From assembly GCF_032191835.1 (NCBI RefSeq), contig NC_083236.1, forward strand, positions 11,222,001 through 11,270,978: a DNA stretch of 48,978 bases. Reading direction: 5' to 3'. Numbering within the stretch: position 1 is the first letter of the stretch; each line of letters begins with the position of its first letter. A model generated the notes under the pieces. That model was not told where the DNA came from. It worked only from the letters and a program-made list of their open reading frames with translations, and made no database searches. This stretch comes from Heteronotia binoei (lineage: Eukaryota). Shown piece after piece: positions 24,245-36,529 of this stretch. The translations under genes and the position numbers were made by a program.

Positions 24245-24700
24245 ATTATTTATTAATATTTAATTTATATCCCACCCTCCTTGCCAAAGGCAGGCTCAGG
24301 GTGGCTCACAGGTTAAGGCAATCAGATTAGGTGACCAAACAAAATAAAGCAACAGTAAGAATGTAAAAACATAAGAACAATTATTAAATGTCAACAGGTG
24401 TTCGTATTAGACAATTAAAATTCTAATGGTGGTAAGCAGCTAGATGGTCACTATTAGAAGTCGATATTAGATGTCCCAGGATCGCCATAGCGTGATGAGA
24501 TAGATCCATTTATGGGCCTGTCCCATTGCTGCAGGTGTTGCCATTCTGAAAATGCATGGCGGAAGAGTGCCGTTTTGCAGGCCCTGCGGAACTGTGAAAA
24601 CTCTCGCAGGGCCCTGACCTCCTCCGGCAATTCATTCCACCAGCAAGGGGCAGCAGTGGAAAAGGCTCTAGTTCTACTTGATTTAACCAGAGTACCATGA
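24245..24700 (-). mobile_element. L2 LINE 3' end
   Basis: ORF 24454..24708: RAFSTAAPCWWNELPEEVRAL...FRRACKTALFRHAF (L2 C-terminal motif) plus tail. Confidence 0.85.
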
Positions 24701-27518
24701 GGCTTCATGAATGGATGTGGCTGTTTCAGGCCAAAGTCTCTTCAATGCTGTTTAGCTCTAGAGAAAAGAAGGAAGAAGAGTGTTTTTCCTTAGATTCAGC
24801 TGGCAGGGGCACAGCGGTGTTGTCAGTCCCTCCCCCTCAAATCCTGCTGATGTCTAGGCTCAAGCTGACCTCCTCATCGTGCTGCCCCAAGGGAGTTGCC
24901 CTGTTGATTTGTCTGGTAGGACCTGTGCAAACCGGGTGGTCCATTAGAACCTAAATTGGAGTTACATTTGGATCCCATGGATTTTCCAAAAATGACACAT
25001 CTTGTAGAACTGTTAACCAATGATTATGTCATTTTAAATTTTTTAAAAAATATTTTCTTTCCAACAATATTTTCAATTTTTGTAGGTTGTGTCGCTACAA
25101 GTTTGAGTGCTAATCTCAGAGCACCAGTGGCGACAGAGCGGGCAGAGACGTTGTCACCAAATTTCACAAGTGCTACAAAAAGCCGCCTCTCTGGGAAGTT
25201 GCACCGCTCTGCCAGTGTTCTCTGCAAACCTTCAACTTAAAGCACTTTCAAGACCGAAGACAGTTTCCTTTCCAAGTCTCCCTTTATATTAACTCTATTA
25301 GCGTATGAATGGAACTGGTAACTCTGAGAGCCTGTGTAATGAAGTATTTTTTTGCTATGAAATCATCATTGCTTTAAATTTTCATGTTGCTCACCTGAGA
25401 AATGCAACACGTATGTCACTTGGAACAATGAAGTCAAACTTAAGACTGTGATTGGCAAGGTTGCTATTTGACAAATTACTTTCCTTCTTGATTTACTGTA
25501 GCCACAATCTCACATCACAGGAAAAGGACGTAGACCAAAACCCAGCTTTCTAGTTTCCTGACTGTGATATTTATAATTCTGTTATAATTAAAACATAGCA
25601 TCAGATTGAAGCTTATTTTCACTCAATAAAGGGAAGACTCAGTTTCGCAAAGCAAAACACTTTCTAAGTCCCACAGATGTCTAGGGAGAGATAAGCACAT
25701 GCCTAATTCTTTTCTATTGAAATAAATGCAATTTAAAAATGCTTCACTTGGTTGGACACGGCCTAGCCCTGTTTAGGAGTAAGGATGAATTACTTATGCT
25801 TTTCAGTATCTCATCAAACATGCTATTTCCCCCCATTCTTGTGTGCATAACTAAGGATGCTTAAACAATCACTCTTCTGAGCTGCTTATGTGGGAAAATA
25901 CAAATAGCGGAATTACACACGAAGAGCTAAATTCGTTTTGCTAATTTTATTTCTTATGCAAGACATGCGTCACTCTGTTCTGCAGGATGGCCCTCCATCT
26001 AAAATAAATACGGCCACCACATATTAGAGAAGCTGCCTTGCAGCGGCTCTTCATCATTTGTTGCACGATAAAATTGAACGGAAGTGAGTTTCTCCCTATT
26101 TTGCTTTTGCCAGCTGGTTTAATCATGGCTCTCGAGCACTTGATGCTTAATATAGTTAGGATGACAACTCAGTTGAAAACTGAAAAAACATAAAACATGG
26201 CAAAGCATTCCGGAATCATGACAAACAAGGACAAATGCCCCTCCCCTTTTTAAATGAATGTGCCACATCAGTAAGAATTAATGCACATATGCGTCAGTTT
26301 TTGCATGCCCAGTGGAGGAAGGCGCTTGGTTGTGGGAGGTTCTCTTCCATGTACAGCTGACTCCTAGAGCCACGCGAGAATGATCTCATCACATCTGAAG
26401 GCATGCTTTGTCCCACTGCACTGGTGTCTGAGCCCCTTCATGTGTTACCGCAGCAGTATGGAATCCCCTTCACTGCAGCTTCTTCCTACGCTGCAGTGTG
26501 GATGTTTGAAGACGGATTATGGAGGTGGAAGCGCAGTGACGTTGGACATTTGCAAGTGATGCCTAGACCACTGAAGGGAAGGGTGTTCCAGGAAGAACAG
26601 AAGAAGACTCCCCACCCAGCCATATCAAGCTTGGTGTCTATCTGCTCTAGGTTAGAATGTTGTTGGGTATAATTTGTTTGGTTTTGATCTCCATTTATAA
26701 GATAGTAAATTATGCTTTTGTAGCCATTTAGGGTTGAGAACACTGTACCACAGAAAGTACTTAAAAGTTATTAAAGGTAACTTTTTTTTTTTACTGTAGA
26801 GGGAAAATCCAAAAATTACTTTGATTTATTTGGTGAACAACCGTAGCATGTTTCCAAGCACTTTCTGGGAAGTAGGTTGTTACTTTTTTGGCAGCATAAA
26901 CATCCAAATACTTTGCACACCCAAAACCACTGGGAAGGGTTTGGCAAAAGCGGAATGTATTTTTTTTTAATCACCCAACAAAGAACTAAATTTGAGTTGA
27001 AGTTTGCCTAAAAACTGTCCCCCTCCAGATCCTCCCAAGATGCATGACAGCTTGATGCAATAAAACACCACCATTTAGGAACTACATTGTTGGGAAGTGG
27101 CAGTTGTCTTGTTGAAACCAAAGGTGGCACCTACTTCCAGTGGCACCAACAGCCATCTCCCTAACACAGAACTGAATGCAGCAGTTCTGGTTCATTCTAC
27201 TAGGATGCTGTCATTGCAGACTCATGGGTGGGGTCCAAAATCATCATTAGCTGTCAACTGCCACTCATTCACCAAAACATTATGTGTGCACTCTTTTTTT
27301 GGTAATCTACTGGGGCTAGACCCCAACTATGTGTTTAAAAGTTCTGAGGTTTGAACTGTAAGACTTATTTGCTTGGGAAAGTGTAGAAATCTGCATCCTT
27401 TTCCTGTGAGGTGTGTTTGCTCTCTCAGGTCTACTTTAAATAGTCACTGCGTCTGATGTAGGATTTGTTGATTTTGTACAAAAAAAGAATGCAAGCTGAG
27501 ACTGCAATATGAGGCATT

Positions 27519-27789
27519 GAGAGTCAGTTTGGCATAGTGGTTAAGAGCGGCAGACTCCAATCTGAAGAACCAGGTTTGATTCCCCACTCCTCCACACGAA
27601 GCTGCTGGGTGATCTTGGGCAAGCCACAGTTCTCACAAAGCTGTTCTCTCAAGAGCAGTTCTCTGAGAGCTCTCTCAGCCCCATGTACCTCACAGGTTAT
27701 CTGTTGTGGGGAAAGGAAGGGAAGGAGATTGTAAAATGCTCTGAGACTCTGACTGAAGGGCAGGGTATAAATCCAATCTCTTCCTCTTC
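27519..27789 (+). mobile_element. Squam3-type SINE, full length
   Basis: gagagtcagtttggcatagtggttaag head, ggtttgattcccc B box, (ctt)n-like tail. Confidence 0.85.
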
Positions 27790-30756
27790 ATATGCATATC
27801 CTAATTTTGAAGGGATTTCTTTTCCTATGTGCCCCAGTGGCAGCTGTTTTTTTTATAAACCAATCTTAAACCCTGTGAATATGTTAATCCACTGACTATA
27901 TGTTTTCATGTATGCAATTATTTATTTATTGCTTTTTGAAAACTACTGATAGTAACTTGGGGAAGTTAGTTAATACATCAAGCAAGCTGTGGGGGGCACA
28001 TGAAAGCACAGGAGAGAGGAACAGTTTGGAAGTCGCTACCCTGCCTCTCAAAACCAGCCCCTTCTAGAAGCTCTACAGACCTTTAGAAGCCCCCTGCCCC
28101 TTTTTAATGGACCCTCAAGTGCTCTCAACATTCCACACTTTTCCATCATACTCAGTCCCCCTTGAGCTGGCTTAGGAGGAGGGATTTTTTTCTTTGGTGA
28201 ATTTAATTTACAACACTGTATGTCTTTCCATATATAGAGTCCCCTGCCATGTTTTGGGATGGCCAGTTGTTGCTACTTATGAGATTGGCACAGAGGCCAC
28301 CTGCATTATAATAATAAAATTTGCAACCAGAATCAAGCAGATGTTTGGCCACCAAGGAATTTACTGTGTGAACTTCTATCTATCCAAACAAGGAATTCAG
28401 CCTCATTCTGATAAAATTCACGTTATTCCAACGAAATGCAGGCAACCTGTGGCTGGTTGTAATTAGCACCCTAATTTATATGCTCTGTGTGGCTTTCTGG
28501 TTGTGCCTTTGCAGTAAATTAAGAAAGCAAGCTGTGTGTTCTGCATATCTTGTTGGTATGTTTGATTTTTTTGTTGTTGTTGTTCATTGCTTGAAAGGAG
28601 AATGACTGGATTTAACAACTAATAAAATCCATCATTTATACACCAGGACAAAAGGCTCAGATTATTTGTTTCAATGATTTCTGTTTATGTCTAATGTGAA
28701 GAACTGCTAAAGTAAAATGTATTTTATTCAATGCAATCCAATACAAGCAGATATTCTTAAACTTCCTGATTTCAGTGAAACTGAATGGCTGCACAAGAAT
28801 GAAAGAGCAGCCGTAACGTTAGAAGGCAGCTGTGGAAGAGGTAAGGGAAGAAAGAACACGCGGATTCTTGAAAGGCAACACGTAATCCAGAGCAGGCAGA
28901 GCACGTTCAGGGTAATTTGTCACCCCAAGAAAGGTACACCCACCTTTACCCATGCTGCACAGAGGGCACCATAGTGCTTACGGCCACGTTTCTTGCTACC
29001 TACCCAGCATTCCTAAAGAGTGGGTGGGGCCAAGCGAGGCCCAGCAGCACTCCTGACAGGTAACGCAAGATCTGTTCAGTCAGGTGACAGGGCAGTTCCC
29101 CTGGAGAAAATGGCTCCATTTGGAAGGTGGACTGTATGGCATTATAACCCTCCCTCCCCAGGGTCCACCACAAAATTTCCAGGTATTTCCCAGCATTGTT
29201 TCAGGGGCAGCGGCTGTCAGACTTGGAACTTCAAAGTAAAACAGACCATCGTTTGTAGCAGATTAATCCATTTATTTGAGAACTAGTGGTCTGGGACAGG
29301 GACGAGTTGAGATTGATACAGTTCAAAGCAACGCATACCATTTTAACCTCTAACATCAAAAGCTAAACAATAAAACCATTCTCACACTTTCGGGAGGCAA
29401 TAGCCGGTTCTCAGGCCCCCTTATCTCTTTCTCAAGGAAGGAACCCTGCTGGTTACCTTGAGGCTCACTATCCTCAAAGCCCTGTTACATTTGTTAGTGC
29501 TATGCAAGGAATTCCCATGGGAGTTAGTAACTGTTGCAAAAGTGTTTGAAATGCAAACCTTTATTCCAAGGGTTAGTAGAATCATTCAAAATGGAGTTAG
29601 TTAGGGTAAGGGGACATGAGCAGTTTAAGGCATATTTAAACAGGTAAGTTACAATGTCTGACAGCTGCCACCACAGTGTTGGGTTTTATTATCTCACCCC
29701 TCTTTCATAGTGTAATTTTTTTAATTACCCCTCTCCTCCCCTGCACTCAGGCATCCTCTGTTGGGGGGGGGGGGCTGCACCTCCTGTATCAGCCATTTTG
29801 GTTGTCCCCACTACCCTGTGTCAGAATTCCAGAGAGCCCCCCGTCTTAGAAGGCAGCGTCATGTGTTCCAGCACCTATGGCATCAGTCCCCCTTGCTCCT
29901 GAGGGCTGGGCCTGAGCCCCTGGCCTGCATCAGCACCATCTTCTTGGATCTGGAGAACTGGCCCAGAGAGCACTTCTTATCTGCCAAACTTCTCATCCTT
30001 TCCAGAATACTGAAAACTGCTTCCCTGAAATATACTATTCTTCTCTGATCCAGAAGATATCAATCAGTAAAATACTAGATTTAGGGATAAATCTAGTATA
30101 AGAAACAAGCATGCACAGAATTTGAGCTCCAAACCAAGTTCTTCGCAGAGTAGTTCAGAATATTCCTTCTCAGAATTTACTTTGTTTAACTTGTCCTCTG
30201 AGCTGGCCATTGTCTATAAAGGACATCATGACTGCCTGTTGTACAAACATTTAGCAAACTAATTTAGATGTATTCAAGGCTCCATATGATCAGAAACAGG
30301 ACTTAACAAAATTTCCTGTGTTAATATGCTTCCCCACACACAGAAGCATTATTTTGCTCTGTAAATGAGTACAGCTTATTCAGCCTCATTATAAACCATC
30401 CAACAGTACTGGTATTTAACTAGGAAATAGACAAATGTAATAGTATCAGCAAATTAATATTCCAAGTTTCTTTTATATGGTACAGAATGTGCTGTATTTC
30501 AGCCTGTCACACACCAAGGGAAGAAGTCTTGCTTATGCCATTGATTAAAGGATGCAACGGTTGTGCCCTGTATCCTCCCACTCTGCTCATCAAAGTCTGA
30601 GACCTTCCGCCATCTTCTGTTGTTCTGCTGCTAGTCCCATGGCAACTGTTGCAAGTCTTACCAAGTACAATGGGTGAGGGCATAGTCTTATCCATATTCT
30701 TAAACTGGAGTGTATATTCCAGAGCATTTAATACAGATTAGTTAATGCCTTAGTAT

Positions 30757-31193
30757 TGTTGGGGTTAAGAGATATTTTAGCAGAGTTGAGTGGAGAGAAC
30801 CACAAAAACAAGCCAGGCAGACGTTTTAGCTTAAGAATAAAGTAGTTTACTTTTACTATGAGGAAAGGGTTACTGGGATTTCTAGAAAACAAAAGAAGGA
30901 TTCAGTATCCTATCTAGTCTCTAGACTACATCTCGACTCTCTTGAGTCCAAACTCTAACTGCATGGAGATCTGAGGGCTGAACACAAAGGGCAATAAGAA
31001 CTGACCAAATGGTTTCCCCCAGACCACCTCCCAAATATATGGATTAGCCTATTAGGGCTTTGCTTCAATGGTCACTATACATATTGACACCTAGCCTGAG
31101 CGGGAAATACGTGCACACATTCTCATTGGCTATACCTCTCACTGGCTAAACATCAGCATGCATATGCATTCATTTAATTAACTCATGACAACA
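30757..31193. mobile_element. Possible solo LTR
   Basis: TGTTG...CAACA inverted ends about 437 bp apart; no TSD found. Confidence 0.3.
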
Positions 31194-31517
31194 GGAAGTG
31201 AAATTGCAATAGAAACCCAACAAGTATACACTTAATTGTGAATTTATAACACATTGATGAACCTTTGGGGAGGAAGACTATTGTGGAGTCTAGCAGGAAT
31301 TGCTGTAGGGCTAGGAGAAGAAGGAAACGTTAACCTTGACGCCCTGCCCCTCTAAAGCAGGTAAAGGTAGAGAGTAAAACGACCACCTGATCAGAAGAAG
31401 GGTGTCTTCTGAACCAGGGAAGGAGATGTCCACCTTTCTAGAAATCTTCTTTTAAAACTTCTAGTGAAAGGTTACTGTTGGATTAAAAGAAAACGGCTGT
31501 GTGTATGAAACCAAACC

Positions 31518-31745
31518 GAAGAGAAGAGTTTATTTTTATACCCTGGTTTTCACTATTCAAAGGAGTCTCAGAGCTGCTTACAATTGCCTTCCCTTCCTCT
31601 TCGCACAACAGACACCCTGTTGAGAGAGCTCTGAGAGAACTGTGACTGACCCAAGGTCACTCAGCTGGCTTCATGTGGAGGAGGAGTGAGGAATCAAACC
31701 AGTTCTCCAGATCAGAGTCTGCTGCTCTTAACCACTACATCGAAT
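31518..31745 (-). mobile_element. Squam3-type SINE
   Basis: Reverse complement of the same head and body as 27519-27789. Confidence 0.8.
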
Positions 31746-32262
31746 CGAAGGCTTGAGGACTGCTCCCACCCACGCTCTTCTGCCTGTCCTTTATCCCACG
31801 GGTGGCAGGTCAGGTGCCAGCAGCTATGGCATTCCAGATGCTTTGGCTTCCTTACCTTACTTTCTTGCACAAGCCTCATCCCTTCCCTCCACCATGTCTG
31901 GATGTGGGAAGTTTGGAGTTGCCACCGAACAGACAGTGCATACCCTCTTTTCCTGAAACCATAGGAAAGAGAAGCACCAGCGAACTGAGCTCTTCCATAA
32001 CAACAGTGACACACAGAACACAGAAATGGACCTCCAACAGCCAGAGCAATGCTCTGGACCAGCCAATAGGAGCTGGAAACTGGGAAAGAATTAAGGTAAT
32101 CGTCCAGAGACTGCAGCAGTAAATGGGCAAGACAGATCGTTCTATAAATGTGAACAACTCAAGTTTGCAGGAAAAACTGAAGTCTGAAAAATACATTGGC
32201 TTTAAAAAGAAATAATCCCAAATGATACCTGTAGCTGTAAGCAATGGATTCTCTCAGTGGCT

Positions 32263-32275
32263 GTTGCTAGGCAAC
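32263..32275. promoter_or_regulatory. Palindromic RFX (X-box) motif GTTGCTAGGCAAC
   Basis: Matches the RFX consensus GTTGCCTAGCAAC on the minus strand, in non-repeat sequence; function untested. Confidence 0.5.
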
Positions 32276-32383
32276 CACAGATTCCAGGTTTGATTTTGTC
32301 AGTAAAGGGCAGAGGGAGAGGGCAGGGCCCTTTCCAGGCCTATTTTGGCTTTTGAGGGAAGACATATTGGGGCCAGGTCTGCT

Positions 32384-32545
32384 TAGTGTTGCCAGCTTCA
32401 GGTTGGGAAATTTCGGGAGAATCTGAGGTGGGGAGAGTGGGGTTTGGGGAGGATGAGGTTTGGGATTGGGTAAGACAGGAGCCTCAGCCAGATATAATGC
32501 TATAGAGTCTACTCTCCAAGCATCCATCTTCTCCAGGTGACAGAT
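32384..32545. mobile_element. hAT (Blackjack-like) MITE fragment
   Basis: tagtgttgccagcttcaggttgggaaattt..., similar to 3307-3600. Confidence 0.65.
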
Positions 32546-32605
32546 CTCTGAGGAGGGAAATACAAGGCAAAGGGAGGGGCCCTCTCACAAATCATTGTGT
32601 AGCAT

Positions 32606-32859
32606 GAGAGCCAGTTTGGTGTAGTGATTAAGAGCGCAGACTCTAATCTGAACAACTGGGTTTGATTCCCCACTCTTCCACGTGCAGCTGCTGGTGTGAT
32701 CTTGGGTCAGTCACAAGTTCTCTCTAGAGCAGTTCTTGAAAGCAGTTCTCTCAGCCCCACTTACCTCGCAGGGTGTCTGTTGTGGGGAAGGGAAGGAGAG
32801 TGCAAGGTGTTCTGAGACTCTGAGTGAAGGGCGGGGTTTAAATCCAGTCTTCTCTTCTT
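32606..32859 (+). mobile_element. Squam3-type SINE, full length
   Basis: gagagccagtttggtgtagtgattaag head, gggtttgattcccc B box. Confidence 0.85.
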
Positions 32860-32965
32860 GTCCTCCTCCTCCTCCTTGGCCTGGCCCAGTGGCTACCATC
32901 ACACAACTGGGCCAGGGATGCTGGCATTCCCAGGGAGAGGCTATGTGTGGGGAATGCTGGATATA

Positions 32966-33264
32966 GGAAAGGAAAAGGAAAGGAAAGGTTTCCTGTGCAA
33001 GCACCAGTCGTTTCCGACTCTGGGGTGACGTTTTCACATTTTCACGGCAGACTTTTTTACAGGGTGGTTTGCCATTGCCTTCCCCAGTCATCTACACTTT
33101 CCCCCCAGCAAGCTGGGTACTCATTTGACCGACCTCGGAAGGATGGAAGGCTGAGTCAACCTAGAGCTGCCTACCTGAAAACCCAGCTTTCGCCAGGGAT
33201 CGAACTCAGGTCGTGAGCAGAGCTTAGGACTGCAGTACTGCAGCTTTAACACTCTGCGCCATGG
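32966..33264 (-). mobile_element. Sauria SINE
   Basis: Reverse complement of the 1317-1610 family; (ggaaa)n tail. Confidence 0.9.
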
Positions 33265-33419
33265 ATAAATCTAGATTGGCTGTTGGGGGGAAAGGAGAGA
33301 AGGAAGCAAGTAAAGGGAGGCTATGGCAGCTTTCAAGAAAGGGAAAGATGAAATAGTGAGGGAGAGGAAAATGAGATGCCTTCCTCGAGTCCTTGCACAT
33401 TCCCATTTGTCTATGTACC

Positions 33420-34130
33420 GGGTGGGGTCACACTCGCCATTAAATCCATCTGCAACGCGCCTGTATTGTAATCCGCACAACCAATTTTCCGATCAGACAA
33501 CAGCCAGGCTCCCGTTCTATCCCATGTGGGTCCCGTCGCTGGTTGATCAGAGTGCTCAACCGGACCTCGTTTCATGAGACGTCAATCTGCATTAGCGCAG
33601 GCGCAGTGATGCCCGCTCTCTGCAGCGTGTCGCTTTTAAATGGGTCAGATCACTAAAGTTTTTCTAGTCCGTTGGCACTACTTTTCCAGCACGAGCACTA
33701 CGCGTGCAGAAAAGAACCCAGGAATTCAAATCAGTTCACATCTAGTTCACATCTACTTTCAAAAGTGATTTTTGTTTCCGGACATAAGGGCGGGTAAACG
33801 ATTTATCGAGCCAACGTTCGCTCGCTCATTCACTGGCGCAGTGATATCACTCGCAGGGGCTTTGGGAGGGAAGCGGTGGTGCGCTTCCGACGAGTCGCCA
33901 ACGATGGAGCGTTCAAACAGAGAAACTCCGCTCAGGAACCGTCAGAAGGATTTTGTTCCTGATTTAAAGCAGTATCAAATTAGTCCGCGCCCCAGTCGTC
34001 TCAACGCGGGACTCGAATGAGCTAACCACCATTCGCAGATGCTGACGTTTGGACAACCGCTGAAAATCCGACATGCTTCCGGACTCCACTCATGCTCGTA
34101 GCGGGATTTTATGAACGTCTGACCTCACCC
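33420..34130. mobile_element. Putative non-autonomous TIR DNA transposon (Harbinger-like), CpG-rich, 711 bp
   Basis: Imperfect ~28-bp TIRs: gggtggggtcacactcgccattaaatcc vs reverse complement of the end gggtgaggtcagacgttcataaaatcc; no clean TSD; no recognisable ORF. Confidence 0.55.
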
Positions 34131-34289
34131 TACTAACAGCCAAGTTGACTAAATCTGAGAATCCATGACTGGAGCTGTAAGTGCGCAAGACAGATCTTTC
34201 TACTAACCTGAAAAGGACCCCAGGTTTGCAAGAAAATGTAAAATCTAAAAATGTGAAATGTTCCTGTCTCAGTTGATTGGACCACTATG

Positions 34290-34565
34290 GAATTATGCAA
34301 ACCTGCATCAAGACTATGGACTTGTAGAGTTGATCTAGATGGACTTGCGATAGGGAAACCTCTACCACTTCGGGGGTATAACAGGAGAGATGGCCCCAGA
34401 GATATGTGGGTTCCAGACTATTAAAGACCTTAAATGTTAACACTAGAACCTTGAACCTGATCCAGTGCTCAACTGGTAAGCTGTGTAGCTCACACAGGCA
34501 CATGTCTAATATGTGCTGTTTTCTTGTGAGGACCCGCACTGCTGCATTCTGGACCAGCTGCTTTC
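34290..34565 (-). mobile_element. L2 LINE RT C-terminal fragment
   Basis: ORF 34285..34539: LHSLPVEHWIRFKVLVLTFKVFNSLEPTYL. Confidence 0.8.
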
Positions 34566-35002
34566 TGGGTCAGTCTCAAGGGTATTGTAAGCCCACACCC
34601 CCTCCTCCATCTTCAATGGACTGTGCTCACTCTGGCCAAGTGCCAGAACTATAGGACTTCCAGTATGGTGGATTTATGTTATGGATTTGTGTCACTCCAG
34701 AACACTAACACATTGCTTCTATAATGTTCAGTGGCAAGAAGAAAGCAGTGGGTATAATAATGGCCCAGATAAGGACCTTGTGCGAAGGTAGCAAGCTCTC
34801 CAGCTGAGCCCTGCTGCACTCCCTGCCTCGGACTGCATGCTTTTCTCCTGCAAGGAAGGACTCCAGGCCGTGCTGCACCGCGGAACGGCCAAAGCCCTGC
34901 GAAACTTGAACAGCATCCCTGTCGTGAAGCCATATCCCTGGAAGATCCTTCAACAACAACTCTTGTTCCTGTCTACCTCCAAGAAGGCTAAGCGAGACCA
35001 TC

Positions 35003-35690
35003 ACTCAGTGTGCGATTGCGATAAAAAAGGACCAACGCCATGCTGGGAATTATTAGGAAGGGAATTGAAAACAAATCAGCCAGTATCCTAATACCCCTGC
35101 ATAAATGGATGGTGCGGTCTCATTTGGAATACTGTGTGCAATTCTGGTCACCGCACCTCAAAAAGGATATTATAGCATTTGAAAAAGTGCAGAAAAGGGC
35201 AACTAGAATTATTAAAGGGTTGGAACACTTTCCCTATGAAGAAAGGTTAAAACGCTTGGGGCTCTTTAGCTTGGAGAAACGTCAACTGCGGGGTGACATG
35301 ATAGAGGTTTACGAGATAATGCATGGGATGGAGAAAGTAGAGAAAGAAGTACTTTCCTCCCTTTCTCACAATACAAGAACTCGTGGGCATTCGATGAAAT
35401 TGCTGAGCAGTTGGGTTAAAACAGATAAAAGGAAGTACTTCTTCACCCAAAGGGTGATTAACATGTGGAATTCACTGCCACAGGAGGTGGTGGCAGCTAC
35501 AAGCATAGCCACCTTCAAGAGGGGTTTAGATAAAAATATGGAGCAGAGGTCCATCAATGGCTATTAGCCACAGTGTGTATATATATGTGTGTGTGTGTAT
35601 AATTGTTTTTTTTTTTGCCACTGTGTGACACAGAGTGTTGGACTGGATGGGCCATTGGCCTGATCCAACATGGCTTACGTTCTTATGTTC
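35003..35690 (+). mobile_element. CR1 LINE 3' end with open C-terminal RT frame
   Basis: ORF 35040..35567: [19 protein letters not shown]...RTRGHSMKL...KYFFTQRVINMWNSLP; tail tcttatgttc. Confidence 0.92.
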
Positions 35691-35979
35691 ATCATGTACT
35701 CCTGCCATGCCCATGGAAATGCAAATGGAAGAAGCAACAGGCAAGAAGGAAGTTGCTACCACACCCGCACTCTTAACAATGGAATGGTCCTGTCAGCTAT
35801 TCAGGAAAGCGCTGAACACAATGAAGAAGCTCCAAAGACTTAATCCTGTCACACAGACCTTCCTCATTGTGTGTGCTATGGTGTTACAAATAGGAATAAA
35901 TTTGAATCCCAATTCCCCACCTAGACTTCTTTGTTTTAGCCCATCAAGCCCCATTAATTCTTCTTCCAACATTTGGGAG

Positions 35980-36465
35980 CCTGCCCCCTAGTGATGTCAG
36001 GAGTCACATGTCCCTATGCCATAGGTCATCTGATCTACATGTCACAGACCACCTGACATCATCACCTGAGGGCACAAATCTGGTTATATCAAGGCCAGTT
36101 CACGGCCAGTTCCGTGTGTCTCTCTAGTATCCCCATCTTGCTGTCTGAGCCATCCCCAATTGCACAATTGGGCCCCATTATGGCTAGTGATGCCAGTCAT
36201 CCTTGGCTCCCCCTTCCGTTTTATAATCTTCACTATAGGACCATTCCTTATGCAGTCTTCACGATGGTAACGTATGTACTCTGTTTGTGTTTTGTCCCTA
36301 TGTGTTCCTCTATCCAATTTTCCTGCTATTATTCCTAGGACTGTATGTTCGTTGGTGTGGTTTTTATTTTTCTGTATGCTTGAACTATTTTTCTAATAAA
36401 TATCCATTTTAGTTTATCATCTCATTATTTGATTTGGGCATTTGGGAAGACCCACTCTGGTATAC
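35980..36465 (+). mobile_element. Possible solo LTR
   Basis: TATA-like ttatatc, pyrimidine-rich R-like segment, aataaa near 36395; termini and TSD not resolved. Confidence 0.25.
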
Positions 36466-36529
36466 AATGATTGTTGATCCCTCTTAGCCATCCTTGCCCA
36501 CCTAAATAAATTCCCCTACCTCATTTGAG

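Noticed and set aside
30853-30890. YYEER as the RALGAPA2 FYEER exon
   Set aside because: Following residues do not match, there is no acceptor, and it lies downstream of the putative stop exon.
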